64,000 nucleotides of DNA, taken from the NCBI GenBank assembly GCA_964016885.1, contig OZ024755.1:42532001-42596000 (forward strand), in the 5' to 3' direction. Positions 30,151 through 43,979 of this stretch are shown here, piece by piece. A program made the position numbers and the translations under genes. This stretch comes from Eledone cirrhosa. Its lineage: Eukaryota. The number at the start of each line of letters is the position of its first letter. Position 1 is the first letter of the stretch. Under the pieces are notes generated by a model, which saw nothing but the letters and a program-made list of their open reading frames with translations, searched no databases and was not told where the DNA came from.

Positions 30151-30736
30151 TATATATACGTGTGTGTGGGTGCGTGTGTCTTTCTTTACCGTGTTTATAT
30201 ATATATATATAATGTAGTCTTCGATGGGAATTAACTATATAATATTTTGACCTCCATGGTTTTTCTTCATAACTTTCTTCATATAAATAAATATATATTT
30301 TTTTTTTACCGCAATTTTGTAGAAATGTTTTCAGGGTAGATTCGGATAATGTTCCTATTATGAATAATTGTTTCTACTTTTGGCACAAGGCCAGCAAATT
30401 ATCCAGTACATTACTGGTACTTTAATTTATCGACCCCGTAAGGTTGAAAGGCAAAGTTAACCTCGGCGGGATTTGAACTCAGAATGGCAAGGGCCGTAAC
30501 TCTATGCGTCAAAGCATAGCGTCCGACCTTCTACCGATACTGCCAATCCACCAATGATAATATAATTATTTTTAAATTCTTTATTATATAGCCCCCTCCG
30601 TTTCCTAGTTCCGATCTGTGTGTTATTAGATTCGCTAATTTGTTTCGTTATGCCGTCCAATTTCAAGGCGATAATTATATCAATCAAGATAATGTTATAT
30701 ATTTTAGACAGGAATTTAATGTAATTTATATAACTC

Positions 30737-30772
<36 letters not shown>

Positions 30773-31349
30773 ACTTGATAATGTATCTCTTCAAAAATTT
30801 CATTTAAAAATATGCAATTAAGAAAGATATGAAAAAAGTCGATGTTGGATGGAAATAAAGTCTAGTTATGTCGCTGAGCTATGTTCGTGAGAACCAAATC
30901 AGAGAAAAATATTTCCAATTAAAAAAAAAAAAACTTATTTAATAATTTTTAAATTTACTAAATTATTATGGCTAGAAGAGAGAGAAAAAAGACAGCAATG
31001 TTCAGTTTAAGGAGGAAACAAGAAGAAAAAAAAATGCGATGGAACTAGTCTAACCTCCGCAGACTCCTTTGATAGGAAACCGTCTAAAATCACTGTACCT
31101 AGGTTTACAATAAAAATATGTTTATGATATTTATTTAAAACCCTTCCATAATAATTTTCTGTAAGAACCTTTAAGTTATGTTTGTTCAAAATACCAGCTT
31201 ATTGCAGATTTGACATATATATATATAAATGTTGTACTTACAATAAGAGTTTCTGTCGGTAGACTGGTCTGAGATTCTCTCAGCTCGTAATATTGTCTGA
31301 CAAGAACTAATAACTGCTCCTACTAATACTCCTACAGTTTAGTCTAGAC

Positions 31350-31695
31350 CCTCCCTCTCTCTCCCTTCCAAGAGTCTACACTCCCTCCCTCCCTTTCTCT
31401 CTCTCTCTCTCCCAACAGTCTACTCTCTCCCTCCTTCTCTCTCTCCCTTCCAACAGTCTACACTCCCTCCCTCCCTTTCTCTCTTCCAACAGTCTACTCT
31501 CCCTCTCTCTCTCCCAACAGTCTACTCTCTCCCTCTCTCTCCCTTCCAAGAGTCTACACTCCCTCCCTCCCTTTCTCTCTCTCTCTCCCTTCCAAGAATC
31601 TACACTCCCTCCCTCCCTTTCTCTCTCTTCCAAGAGTTTACACTCCCTCCCTTTCTCCCTCTCTCCCTTCCAACAGTCTACACTCCCTCCCTCCT
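31350..31695. repeat. CT-rich minisatellite
   Basis: Recurring CCCTTCCAACAGTCTACACTCCCTCC. Confidence 0.85.
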
Positions 31696-31852
31696 ATACA
31701 GTTGTACCAACACTCTAGCTGTAAGGTAGTAAGCCGTCACAGTCCAACTCAGTTTCTTTGCTTCAGGTTCGCAGTTTTCACTTTGTTGATAAACTGTTTT
31801 TACCATTTCTAGACTTGGAAATGGAAAACCGTCTAAATCTCAGAGAATTAAT

Positions 31853-32017
31853 TACCACCACCACCACCATCACCACCACCATCACCTCCACCATCACCAC
31901 CACCATCACCTCCACCATCACCTCCACCATCACCTCCACCATCACCATCATCACCACCACAACCACAACCATCACCACCATCACCACCACCAACACCATC
32001 ACCATCATTATCATCAT
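31853..32017. repeat. (CAC/CAT)n trinucleotide tract
   Basis: Direct reading. Confidence 0.9.
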
Positions 32018-32789
32018 CTTTACCTTCTTAAATATCTCTCAGAATCTTTTAATTGCCATACCCACTCTCTTTTCATGTCTATTTATAACCCAGTTTAACA
32101 TGGGACAAATTTAATAATAAATTATATACATTTCACTAGAGCACAGGTTCTCAACCCATTTAGGCCAAACGCCCCCTTTTGTCCCTCGAAATGACGAAAC
32201 GCCCCTACCCTATTTTTCCATTTTTCAATATACTACTGATTTTGATATCTGTAGATTACTAAAAAATTGATTAACAATATTCCAAAGATACTATCACAGG
32301 CAGCTGAGGGTATAAATACATTCCTTGAAAGGAAATATATAAATTTTAAAAAAAAGGAACATAAATGTTCTTTTTTATGAATAAGGACCAGTTGAATTTG
32401 TTATATTCCCACCAGGCGATACCAGCTATTTTGAACATTTATACAAGAGCAACTCTGTCTATCCCAAGAGTGCTCTTATCTGGAAGAAAGTGGCAATTAT
32501 ATCATTTCAAGGCTTTCAATTTTCCCTTTAATGAAATGGACAGAATAAATGTTTATATCTAACTTGATGTCCCCTCTGCTTTGTGAGCTTAGAGACCATG
32601 GAAGAGAGTTTTCATGACCACGCGGGAGGGTAAATGGTAAAATATATACAACAAATGAGTAAGTGAATTGTAGTAGATGGTTTCCAGTCCAGTCAGACTG
32701 CAACTACAAATAAAAAAAATTGTTAGTTTGCTTTGTAACAATAGCATATTCAAGTTTTCGGATAAATTAACTTACTTTAACTTTGACCT

Positions 32790-33845
32790 CATTTCAATGG
32801 GACCCTTGAGCTTCATGGAGTCTAGCTAACTCTTTGACGCGAGGCTGAATTTTCCTAAGATGTAGCCAGAGATCTCCACGTGTAATTACATTGTAGCGGT
32901 TGCGAGACTTACTGTGCAGTCAGGAAACAGCACCAAACCTCCTCTCGACTAAGCATGAGCTTGGAAAAGGCAGAGCAAATCTCTTAGTCTCTGCATGTAG
33001 GTGTGGAAATTGACGCTGAATTTCCTCTTGCATCCCAAAAAGGGGTTCACCTATTTTGGGAAATCTAATTTTGATCATGTCATCTGCTTGAGTTCAATGA
33101 ATTCTTCCTGAAATATAACGTCCAAATCATCGACGTTAGCTATGAAGGGATATGCTATCCACATTGGGATGTCCATCGGCAAAAGGTCAACAAACCGTTC
33201 TCTCATGTTGTCTTGTAGTGAATGGAGGTGAGTGGTATAAATTTGGAGTTGGTCATTGCTTACAATGAACATTGGTGACACTAGGAAAATTATAGAATTC
33301 CCGTCAACAAAGATTCCTTTCGATGACATTCAATTTGGCCAGGAATGTTTTCACAGCATTCCTTGCTTTAAGCAAGATGATCTTCTTCCCCTGCAAAGCC
33401 AAAATGACGCTATTGTATTTGTCGAAGATGTTGGTGAGGTAGGCGCAATCTTGCCTCACATTGAGGGTTTTCTCGTACATTTCTGTGTTGCGTCCTCGCA
33501 GAAACTCAATGATAGAGTCGAAGAATTCAAAGAAGTGATTAAAGCACTTGCCCTTTGAAAGCCACCTCACCTCAGTATGAAGGAGCAACTTGACGAATTC
33601 TTCGTCATTATCTTGGCACAGTTGCCAGAAAATTTGTTCATTGAGGGAATGCCGTTTGATAAAATTGATGCCATCAATGGCCACCTGCAAGGACTTGCTT
33701 AGCGGCTTCCTGAGTTTCTTCGCAGCCAAGTGTTGTCGATGAATGACACTATGAACAGCAAATACATATAGATTTTCTCTCTTCAGAAGAGTGACGAAGC
33801 CCTTGTGTTGGCTGACCATTGCTCTTGCGTCGCCTGTAGCACATG
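32790..33845 (-). pseudogene. hAT transposase C-terminal half, frameshifted
   Basis: ORFs 33304-33819 and 33075-33329; VHSVIHRQHLAAK, HTEVRWLSKG, AYLTNIF. Confidence 0.85.
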
Positions 33846-33855
33846 ATACAATGAA

Positions 33856-34178
33856 TGTGTATTGTATGTGGTCCTAGATGTATGTATTACCTGCCTGTGT
33901 GTTGTATGTAGTCCTAGATGTGTGTATTACCTGCTTATGTGTTGTATGTGGTCCTAGATGTTTGTATTACCTGATTATGTGTTGTATGTGGTCCTAGATG
34001 TTTGTATTACCTGCTTATGTGTTGTATGTGGTCCTAGATGTGTGTGCTACCTCCTTATGTGTTGCATGTGGTCCTAGATGCGTGTATTACCTGCTTATGT
34101 GTTGTATGTGGTCCTAGATGTGTGTATTATCTGATTATGTGTTGTATGTAGTCCTAGATGTGTGTTCTACCCGCTTCT
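33856..34178. repeat. ~8 x 40-bp minisatellite inside the hAT element
   Basis: TGTGTTGTATGTGGTCCTAGATGTGTGTATTACCTGCTTA. Confidence 0.9.
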
Positions 34179-34663
34179 GTTTTTTCTTTTCTTTTTTTTT
34201 ATTTGTAATATTATTTATACAATAGGGAATAAAATAGATCTACATAGTGTTAACTCGTTACGGTTGAGTCAATAATTTCAGACATGAAATACATTGTTAT
34301 CGGTGAAGGAAAGATAAAATTCTAACTGGCTGCACTCAAAGTATCCTTGACCCAGTGGACTGTGGATTTTTCCATTTTTAGGATCTCAATTACTGGTTAA
34401 TGTCTCAATTACCGGACACGCCTGCACCCCTGCTCGCAGCTGCGGTCAGACTATAGTTATGCTGTCTGCAAGCTCATTCAAATGCATTCACACTGGCTGT
34501 CTCAAAGACATACAAATATGGCTTATAAAACTTACCAAAGTAAAGAGCCTTCCATCACTCCCCTAACGGGACCTTGCTCCCAAACGCCCCCCCCCCCCCC
34601 TGGAGTTCCCAAACGCCCCCCCGGGGGTGCATATGCCCCCCGTTGAGAACCTTTGCTCTAGAG

Positions 34664-35123
34664 CAACATATTCCATTGGTGGGCCACTTTTGAACATTGG
34701 AACAACTATCAGGGCCAGTCACCACCAAAAATATGTAAATCAGTGAATTGAGTCATAAATACATTGTGAGTACATTTTTAAACAATAAAGACAAATAACA
34801 GGGAACTGGGAAATTATGACACACAACCCTATCAGAACAACTATTAGGGCCATTAATATTTATTAAACACTATTCCATAGATTCACCACAACTTCTTTCC
34901 ATAACATGCAACTGGGAAATTATAACACATATAACCCTATCAGTGAAGCCCTTTAGTATAGGTCAACTAACTGAAGTATTACTGTTACGAAAAAAAATTC
35001 TAAATAAGCCTACAAGGTAAAAATTAAAAATGGTCATTGCGGGCCACTCTGACTGATCTGGCAGGCCGCATTGTGGCCTACGGGCCAGATTGTGGCCTGT
35101 GGGCCGCCTGTTGCATGCCCCTG
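34664..35123. mobile_element. hAT-type MITE abutting the previous element
   Basis: Right TIR GTTGCATGCCCCTG followed by CTCTACAC; subterminal GGGCC repeats; left TIR appears truncated to CAAC after CTCTAGAG. Confidence 0.55.
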
Positions 35124-35181
35124 CTCTACACGGTATCAAATTATTTATTTTGTGGTTGTAAATAGCATTACTGAGAACACT

Positions 35182-37384
35182 TTTAGCAGCATAATATATA
35201 AAAAGTTATTGAGACACGAGTAACATAATAATGATGTCAACAGCAGAAATTAGAGATGAAATGTATGTTTATTTTTGTTGTAGCACAAATAATGTTTGTT
35301 AACTTGTATGGTTGAAGTTACACATAAAATGAGGTTACAAAAGGGAATGTGCCATTGTGCCAGGCCCAAGGAAAGCCGGCAGGCCAAAGTGCAAAATCTC
35401 ACCGTCACATGTTGCTGGTTCGAAGTTCAGGGTGCGAGAGAGAGATTCTTCAAATCTTCGCGGGGAATTTCTCCCTCGGGGCGCGTAGGGATACATCCTC
35501 TTCTACTGGCGTTGATTGGCTGAGCTGAGCCAAATCACACACAGAGAATGTATGTGAGCCCGCGGAATGTAGGCCACTACAATACTCCCCCTCTAGACGT
35601 AAGATGATACAGATTATTGAATCAGCAGGAAAAAATGCTGAAAGAGCACATCAGTGAAAAAATAATTGAGCAGAAGGATGCATGCAAGAAAAAAGTGAGG
35701 CGCTAAGGGCTGTGTTGAGCTGCTGTAAATGACTAGCTGTTTTGTAGTTTATACGTGACCACCAAAGGTCTAACAGAAAACGGATAAAGTCTGACATGGG
35801 CGAAGTTGCTGTTCTTGCATTAAATATTAATGGTAAGTGTTGTACCAGTAGCTGTGGATGAAGCTATTATGGTAGTTTACCAGTGCTGGCAAGAAGATGA
35901 TGGGTAGGCGAGAAAATGTCGGCCTCCCAGATGTATTGCCAAAAGTGCTAGGGAGCCAGGAAAAAATGGCTGGTTGCTTTGAAAAGAAAAAAGCAAGTTG
36001 AATCTGTAGGTGGGTAGTAGTTGCAGTGTAAATTTCATAATTCCGGCGAATCCACAGAAGTGGTGGAAAGGCTGACAAGTCCAGTTCTATTTGTTGTTTT
36101 CCCAGTGAGTCGGGTAAGGTAACAAGATGGAGGTTGTTATGGACGATGAGTGTGCAACGAGATGCGAAACTGTTTGAGTTCAGTTGCAATTAGCATTCTC
36201 GTGTTGCGGTGCCTGTTTGAATCCAGGTGAATTAAGCTCTATGAGTCGCTAGCATGTGACGGCACCTCAACCAGGTGAAAAGGGATCTCGCAGAATACTA
36301 CGTTTGAAGAACATATACTAAGAACAACAACATGTTGGTGGGTGACAAAGAAATGTGTGCATATGCAGGCATGTAATACAGCAAAGAATATGTGTGGGTG
36401 CAGTCATATATACAATGATAGAAAAAAATGAATTCCCATATAATACAGTTTAAAAAAAATAAATGTCCAAAACAAATGCCTGAAAAAAAAAAAGGAAGAA
36501 AGAATTGTTTCTTTTCTTTTAACAAAAAGTTCGCTTTTCTTTTCCTTGAAATTTCTTTGGGATCGCTCTTACTAGGGAGCTAGTAGAGTTGTTGTTGTTA
36601 AAGCAAAGTCACAATGAATCTTCTGTAGAATCGAAGTCGAGCATTGAAGAACCTAGAGTCACCAATATGGCAGTCACGTCTGACGCCATAGTGGTGAGAA
36701 GACTGATGTCTTAATTTCTCGAGTCCTTGTGGTAACGAGACAGAAGGTATGGTGGTTGCGTCGGTAAAGTTACAAGCTGCCACATCGCCATTCCCTGGTG
36801 TTGGTTAGTAGTTAGCCATGTGTTGCTGCTGATGGCTAGTAGTAGAGAAGTACTTGATGGTAGCCGTTTTGAAATTTCCTCGTGGCGTAAATTTTTTTTT
36901 TTTATACATACACTGTCAATTTTAATCTCATTTCAAAAGGAATATGGTGAACTGAAAATATTCATCACGTCGGGGTCACCACTTTTAGAAGCATAGTATA
37001 TAAAAAGTTATTGAGACACGAGTAACATAATAATGATGTCAACAGCAGAAATTAGAGATGAAATGTATTCTTTATTTTTGTTGTAGCACAAATAATGTTT
37101 GTTAACTTGTATGGTTGAAGTTACACATAAAATGAGGTTACAAAAGGGAATGTGCCATTGTGCCAGGCCCAAGGAAAGCCGGCAGGCCAAAGTGCAAAAT
37201 CTCACCGTCACATGTTGCTGGTTCGAAGTTCAGAGTGCGAGAGAGAGATTCTTCAAATCTTCGCGGGGAATTTCTCCCTCAGGGCGCGTAGGGATACATC
37301 CTCTTCTACTGGCGTTGATTGGCTGAGCTGAGCCAAATCACGCACAGAGAATGTATGTGAGCCCGCGGAATGTAGGTTACTACA
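35182..37384 (-). mobile_element. Non-autonomous LTR retrotransposon (probable Gypsy derivative)
   Basis: Near-identical ~400-bp LTRs 35182-35581 and 36984-37384; PBS TGGTGACCCCGACGTGAT (36964-36981, complementary to the tRNA-Trp 3' end); PPT AGAGGGGGAGTAT (35582-35594); possible TSD CACT/CATT. Confidence 0.9.
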
Positions 37385-37679
37385 CATTGTTAACAAGATT
37401 TCACTGCAAAGATAAATGTTTTACAATACAGAAAACTGTTTAGCTAGCCATTTTAATTAATCTTTGTAATGTTTTTAAAAAATGTTCCTGGAAAGGTTTA
37501 TGTTTTTCAGAGTTCCCTGTGGTGCATGCAGAGACATAAATAAGAAAAATAGTTCGATTTAATCGACTGTCCCTCACTCTTGTGCCTAAAACAGAAACCA
37601 ATAATTCGCTATTACATTCCTGGTCAGAGGACAGTCGATTAAATCAAGATAAATTTTTGATATGTACACCGTTCCAGGT

Positions 37680-38062
37680 GAAGTTGAGAGTTTGACTAAT
37701 GCCTTAGTCTCAGTTACTGCCAATCACGAGTTGACGGAAGTCTCAGTTATTGACAATCTTGGGTTGACGGAAGTCTCAGTTACTGACAATGACGAGTTGA
37801 CGGAAGTCTCAGTTACTGACAATCACGAGTTGACAGAAGTCTCAGGTATTGACAATCTCAAGTTGACGGAAGTTCGGTTATTGACAATCTTGGGTTGACG
37901 GAAGTCTCAGGTATTGACAATCTCAGGTTGACGGAAGTTCGGTTATTGACAATCTTGGGTTGACGGAAGTCTCAGTTATTGGCAATCACAGGTTGATGGA
38001 AGTCTCAGTTATTGACAATCTTGGGTTGGCGGAAGTCTCAGTTGACAATTACGGGTTGACAG
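37680..38062. repeat. ~12 x 33-bp minisatellite
   Basis: GTTGACGGAAGTCTCAGTTATTGACAATCTTGG. Confidence 0.88.
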
Positions 38063-40492
38063 CAAAATGTTGGATTTCGTAGAGATAACTGTAAAACAAA
38101 TTTTGGCTGTATAAAACGAAAAGGTAAGAACAAGATATTTCGCTGATAAAAAATCCAACTTGAAAGAGACGCTGTTGCACTGTTATTGATTACCAATTGA
38201 TATGGAAACACTTATTGAGAAACATTTCAAATATATTCACATACAGTGCATGTAAGATGGCTAAAAGAATTTTATGAGCTATTACAAAATGGTAGCTGTC
38301 CTTAACACTTTCGCTGGGTTGAAATCCTATTTTTATTCCCAAGAATACGACCTGGGACTGATAAAACAATTCTTTGGAAATGATTTTAGGGAAATGTATT
38401 TATGGTTTGTATTAATGATTTGTAATCTCAATTCTAGCTTCTATTACCATAAATTAAATGAAAACCTTAGTTACATTAGCTACTTCTCTGACCTAGGAAT
38501 GTAACAAAGGCCGTAGACAATAGTGTAGCACAGAGGATCTCTAGACTTAGAGGATCTCAACAAATAGGGACATCTTCAATAGTAAAGCTACTTACTATAA
38601 TGATGCCTTAACTAGGGCAGGATACCAGGATAAAATAGAATACATAGGAAAAGATAGAATTAATTACACACCCATATATAAATATAAATAAACTCACAGT
38701 AACATTAGTCGGGAAACACTAATAGTATTACTACTACCACGAGATTAACCAGGAGGTCGGAGACAAGTAAACAAGCCCAGGGACACAACCCCACCACAAC
38801 ACTAGCTACAACACTAGACTTAACATCCGCATCCTTATCTCGTACAAGCCCAGGGATAATAATTGTATTTCTTTAAAGAAGGGACTCAAATTTCCTATTG
38901 CTTAGGGCCACAGCAGGTAAGAGTCCTGCCCTGATTGCTGAGAAAACACGAAGAAAATGGGGAATTAAGTGAAAAAGTGAAGAGAAAATTTAAAAGTTAC
39001 TTTCATTCAAGTTGTCTCTAATATCTAAGGAAAGAGAACTTTGAAGAGGTGGAAGACTTTGTAGTTAAATTCTTAGGACATGTCCTGGCCCAATGTTGGT
39101 GGAAGACTGTGTAGCTAAATTCTTGGGACAAATCCTGGCCCCATGTTGGGTAGTCTGCAGTAAAGATCAATCAAAGGATTGGAAAGTAAGTAGTAAATAT
39201 TGATAAATTATTAGTTGTTATTGCTCCTATGGCAGAAGTTTGGACAACTCGGAATCTTTAAGAATGAAGAAAAATGGTAGTTTTGGGGGGGGATTTTTCT
39301 CTCTTTTCTCATTGCAAAGAAATTTACATCTTAGTAAAACATCTTAGGTTAGATAACATTGTCTTCTGCGCCAGTTGAACAAATGTTTTCTGTAATATGT
39401 AATGTGTGGTTAGATGAAAGGGGTCAGTTTGATAGAAGCTACAAAGATCTTCCGATTATTAAAATAATCATTCCACAAAGCTGCTCAGGATTGAAATGAA
39501 TTTCTTTAAAAAATCATTTCAATTGAAAAAATTTGAAAATACTGACAATTGATTAAAATATCACCTGACAATAAAAACAGGTATTTAGTTTAATTTATTT
39601 TTTTATATCATTATATCAACGGATTGGCAGAGCGTCGGACACCCTGTTTCGCAGCAGAGAGTTACGGCCCTTTACGTTCTGAGTTCAAATCCCTCGATAA
39701 AGTACCAGTATGTACTGGGATCGATTTAATTGACTCTTCCCTTCCCTTCAAATTGTTGGCCTAGTGGATTGGCAGTATCGGTAGAGGGTCTGACGCTATG
39801 CTTTGCAAGCAAAGAGTTACGCCCCTTTATGGTTTGAGTTCAAATCCCGCCGAGGTTAACTTTGCCTTTCATCCTTACGGGGTCGATAAAATAAAGTACC
39901 AGTAATGTATTGGATAATTGCTGGCCTTGTGCCAAAAGTAGAAACAATTATTACATGTCAAGTAAAGAATAACTGTACACCTGTTACTACTGTCTCCACT
40001 CACCTGTTACTACTAGCAATTGCCCCAGGCCCCCTCCAGTGGGGTCCCCACCACAGACAGCCATAATAATTTACTTCTGCCCTCAGCCGGGTTCTTTAGT
40101 TTTAGGATGGTTAGAATTGTTTTAATTTAATACCTGTATGTATAACTTATCAATTTCAGTTACTTGTGCCAAGCTAACTTTGATATGTAAAATTAGGGAG
40201 GTTGCTGTGTATTCTAATTTTTTGTATATGAGGGGTTCCCCCCCAAAAAACCTGAAGTGCCCCGGGCTCCCCAAGGTCTGAATCTAACCCTGTACACAAT
40301 CATTTGATGTGAGATGCAAGAAAATCTCAATTTATCAAGATGAGGAAAACCTTTACATTACTTTCATAAATCTATAAACTTGCCTGGAAGGTGAACAGAA
40401 AAGAGTTACATTTGTTGGGTAGAAATCAGAATTTAAATGGTTTCACTGTTATTTCTGTCATTTTTGTCATTTTCTTGATTTTATATTTATAG

Positions 40493-41330
40493 GACTCTGG
40501 CTTTACTGTAACACCAGCTCAGAGCAGGAGAGTTAAGGCAAAAAAGATATCGGACGCTGAATTTGCTGACGACATAGTTTTGGTGACAAACACAGTGAAG
40601 GAGGCAGAGGATTTGATGCAGGAGGTTGAGACTGTCTTGATGAGTGTGGGGCTGAGAATGAGTGAGATTAAGACAAAATATCTGGTAGAGAATGTTGAGA
40701 AGCCAGAAGGGATTACTAATGTAGGCGGGAAGACACTAGAGTTGGTTGAGGACTTCCTGTATTTGGGAGCAAAGATTAGGAATACGGAGGATGATGTGGT
40801 TGAGAAGAAGAGCAAAGCCTGGGCAGCGTGCCACAGCTTGAGATCGGTGTGGAAGTCAGACCTTCGTGAAGACCTAAAGATCCGCCTCTTCATTGCTGTA
40901 GTGGAGTCTGTGCTGCTGTACGGGTCTGAGACTTAGACACTGACCAAGAAACTCACTCAGATGGTGGATGGGTGCTACATGAGAATGGTGAGGATGGCTC
41001 TGAACATTAATCAGTATACACTGAGGATGAAAAACTCAGAGATGTATGGGAGCCTCCCAAAGTCAGCTCAAAAGTGACACAGAGGAGACTGAGGTTAGCC
41101 GGACATGCCCACCGACATCCAGAGTTGACACTGCACTCAGTGCTCCTGTGGGAGCCCCTGCATGGACACACTGGAAGAGGAAGACCGAGGTTAACATATG
41201 TTAAGCTCTAAGGACAGACACTGGTCTGTTGGAGACGCAGGACATGGCAGCAATAATGAGGGACAGAGACCGCTGGAGAGAATTCATCCATGAATCTCGG
41301 GAATTTTACCCGCCCTAGATAGATAGATAT
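40493..41330 (+). mobile_element. 5'-truncated, decayed RTE-like LINE family C
   Basis: FADDIVL, VEDFLYLG, VESVLLYGSET*, RLAGH, GRGRP; (TAGA)n tail. Confidence 0.85.
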
Positions 41331-43389
41331 GTCTTCATTTGTTTGATGTTTTTTGGCCTTTTATTCATATCTAAAGAAATAAAATGTAGATGTTCAAACG
41401 AAACTGAGTTTGTGTTTACTATTTTTTCTGGCAATATTAAGACAACATGACCCTCGCCAAATATAACAAATAAAATGTAATTTGTTCTCTTGTGCAGAGC
41501 TTCGTTACAGTTTATAGTGTACATATGTATTACGAGACTAAAAAAGAAATGAAAAACATGATCAAACTGACATATTTAGAGTCAAAAGAAAACCAGTGTA
41601 GTAAAAACTAAATCACAATTATATTGAAACAAGTTATTGGATGGGCTTGAGCCCCATAGTGCTGGAAGACTTTCTTCCTGTGACCTTTTTCCTGGATTTA
41701 TCTAGAATTTCAGTTGTTTGAATATTAATACTAACATGGCAGCTGTTTTCTTTGATCTACTGTTATTAATATTAGTATAGGTAGGTATAGATTTCCCGTA
41801 ATGACTTTGTTTGACCAGCACTTTTATCATTGATTTGTTCTTAACAAGGCATGAAAATTGATTTAAAAAGCGTCAATAAAAAGTCGTCCAGTTCATGGTT
41901 AATCCACTCACACACAGCTAAATATATTTGTGTGTGGGTGTTGATTCTCAGTTCTGTCTTTTCGCTGAGTAGACGAATGGTTGACATGCTGGGATGTTTA
42001 TAGTAGTAACTACAATCCTAAAACAAGGGAAAACTATCTCCCGACGTCTAGATAATACGAGAGCTGTAACGAAGGAAAACAAAAAAAAATTAACTTTACG
42101 ACTCCAAACTTTTTAGACCATTGACCCCTTTATGGAATCCTTGATCCCTCATCAACCCCAGACTTGTACAAAAAATAAATTAATAATCAAACCCTGCTTT
42201 AAATATACATCACTATGGGAAAACTGCATACCATCCTGCGAAATTGTAAGCCCCCGAACTATCGTTTTCCTGCGCAAAATCAGTAAAGTGGTAGGTCCGC
42301 CTGAGGAAGGAGCCCCATGAGGGGGAGTATTTGTTTCAGTGAGTGTCGCTGACCATTCTCTGTGGCAATGCTTTCGCCATTTTGTGCGCAGGTCGCAGCT
42401 GGAGGATGCCACCCAGTTGGGGCAGTCGTTTCTATCGCTCCACTTTCCACACTTTAATATTTTTTATCTTTTAGGCGGGAAGTGGTCGTCAGTCATCCCG
42501 TCTAATTGGTTATGGTTTACTGGCACATTTCAAACAAGAAATAAAGACATACCCCAATTTATGTTACAAAAAACATTTTATATATGTAGGAGCCATTACA
42601 AAATATATACAAATACATTAATGCTCCTAGGTTGGGAATATATTTAAAACGTCAAATACTGCCACATGGTGTTGGTGTCGTCTCTTGAGCCGCTGCGTGA
42701 TTATCGCACGTCTATTGTCTCCAAGTGTTATTGTCCAAGTATTTGTCTCAGCCACTGACGTCAGAACTAAAGGCAGAACTAAAGGCAGTCGACGCTAGAT
42801 GGCGTGATCTTCTACAATCTCTTTGCTTCTACCTCTTTTTTCTTTTCCCTTTTTTTACTTACATTCAGATTGTTATTTTTAAAAGACAAAAGTCATTCAG
42901 GTGTATCGATAACCACACACTGGCTATTGTTATAGATGGCATCAGTCACAATACATTAAACAGATACACAGACATTAGAATTACACACACACATCTGTAT
43001 GTGTGAGTGTTTGTATCACTTGTGTGAGTATGTGTGTGTTTATATTTATACTTGCATGAGTGTACGTGTGTTTGTATAATATTTATATACTCATACATAT
43101 AAATGTATACATATTGCCCACATACACACATGCATATACTCACCACATTCACACACTAGTGAAACGAACTTTAGAAGGTTGGCGTCTGTTTTCTATAGTT
43201 TGTCACCACCCCGTCTTTCGTCAGTCATCCCAGATATTTCTTTCATTACGTAACACCAAATATATAAACTCACACTGGCTATTATTATAGTATGTATTAG
43301 CGGCTTATACACGTGTGGAAGTCATTGTGACCGCAAACATACAATAGTAAATATAGAGTAATGTAAATTACTACCACCCTACGGACAAC

Positions 43390-43925
43390 TGATGCTGCAT
43401 ACCAGGTCTGATCATGGAAGAGTCGAACTCCCACAGTCATCGCCTCCATCTCTTTCACCCTCCCCATCTCTCTGTATTATAAGCAAATCGGGTCCCATAT
43501 GCTGTCCTCCACACAGCCCCGGCGGACAGAATGGAGAAGGTGTTTCTCCGGATGATGGTAAGGGAGATGCGCTGGATGAGCCATTCCATCTCGCGAAGCT
43601 CACACCTGCGGCTGGCAAGCTCAGCGCCTATGGTGGTGAGTAGGGAGGTAGCCCTAGGGCCAAGGACACCAGAAGTCTCCACTGCTAAGGGCACGACCAC
43701 AAACCTGTCGGAGAGCAACTGATACTAGCAGAGTTTGCCCTCATCAGCCTGACGTGCAGCAGAACCTGGGTGCAGTCTGCACCAGGTTGCTGCTGGAGAA
43801 AGTGTCACTACAAGTGACATCCCAGACGAGGGGTTTGCCACCATAGAACGGGAAGATGGTCATACTGTCTGGTCTTTTGCTGTCCTTCGGTCCAGCCCCA
43901 CCAGCCCAAGATGGGAGGGAAAGCC
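43390..43925 (-). mobile_element. 3' fragment of a CRE-like non-LTR retrotransposon (restriction-like endonuclease domain)
   Basis: KRPDSMTIFPFYGGKPLVWDVTCSDT and FVVVPLAVETSGVLG..QRISLTIIRRN, typical of the PD..D RLE domain in CRE-clade elements. Confidence 0.75.
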
Positions 43926-43979
43926 TGCAGCATCCAAGCCATGCTTTATGACCTCGCTGAGGGTGGCATGGCATGGAAG

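Larger units (their letters stand above)
32142..34655 (-). mobile_element. hAT (Buster/Charlie-like) DNA transposon, internally deleted
   Basis: TIRs CACAGGTTCTCAAC / GTTGAGAACCTTTG; 8-bp TSD CACTAGAG/CTCTAGAG; transposase fragments with LLHTEVRWLSKG. Confidence 0.9.

Noticed and set aside
35296-35523. Duplicated 75-aa ORF (also 37099-37326)
   Set aside because: Chance antisense ORF within the two LTRs.
38150-38420. Peptide traces resembling a DNA transposase (LKSYFYSQE..KQFFGN..YLWF)
   Set aside because: Too decayed and no termini found; not assignable by eye.
43185-43230. Minus-strand CTGACGA..AAACTATAG hammerhead-like relic
   Set aside because: Lacks GAAA and UH; too degenerate to call.
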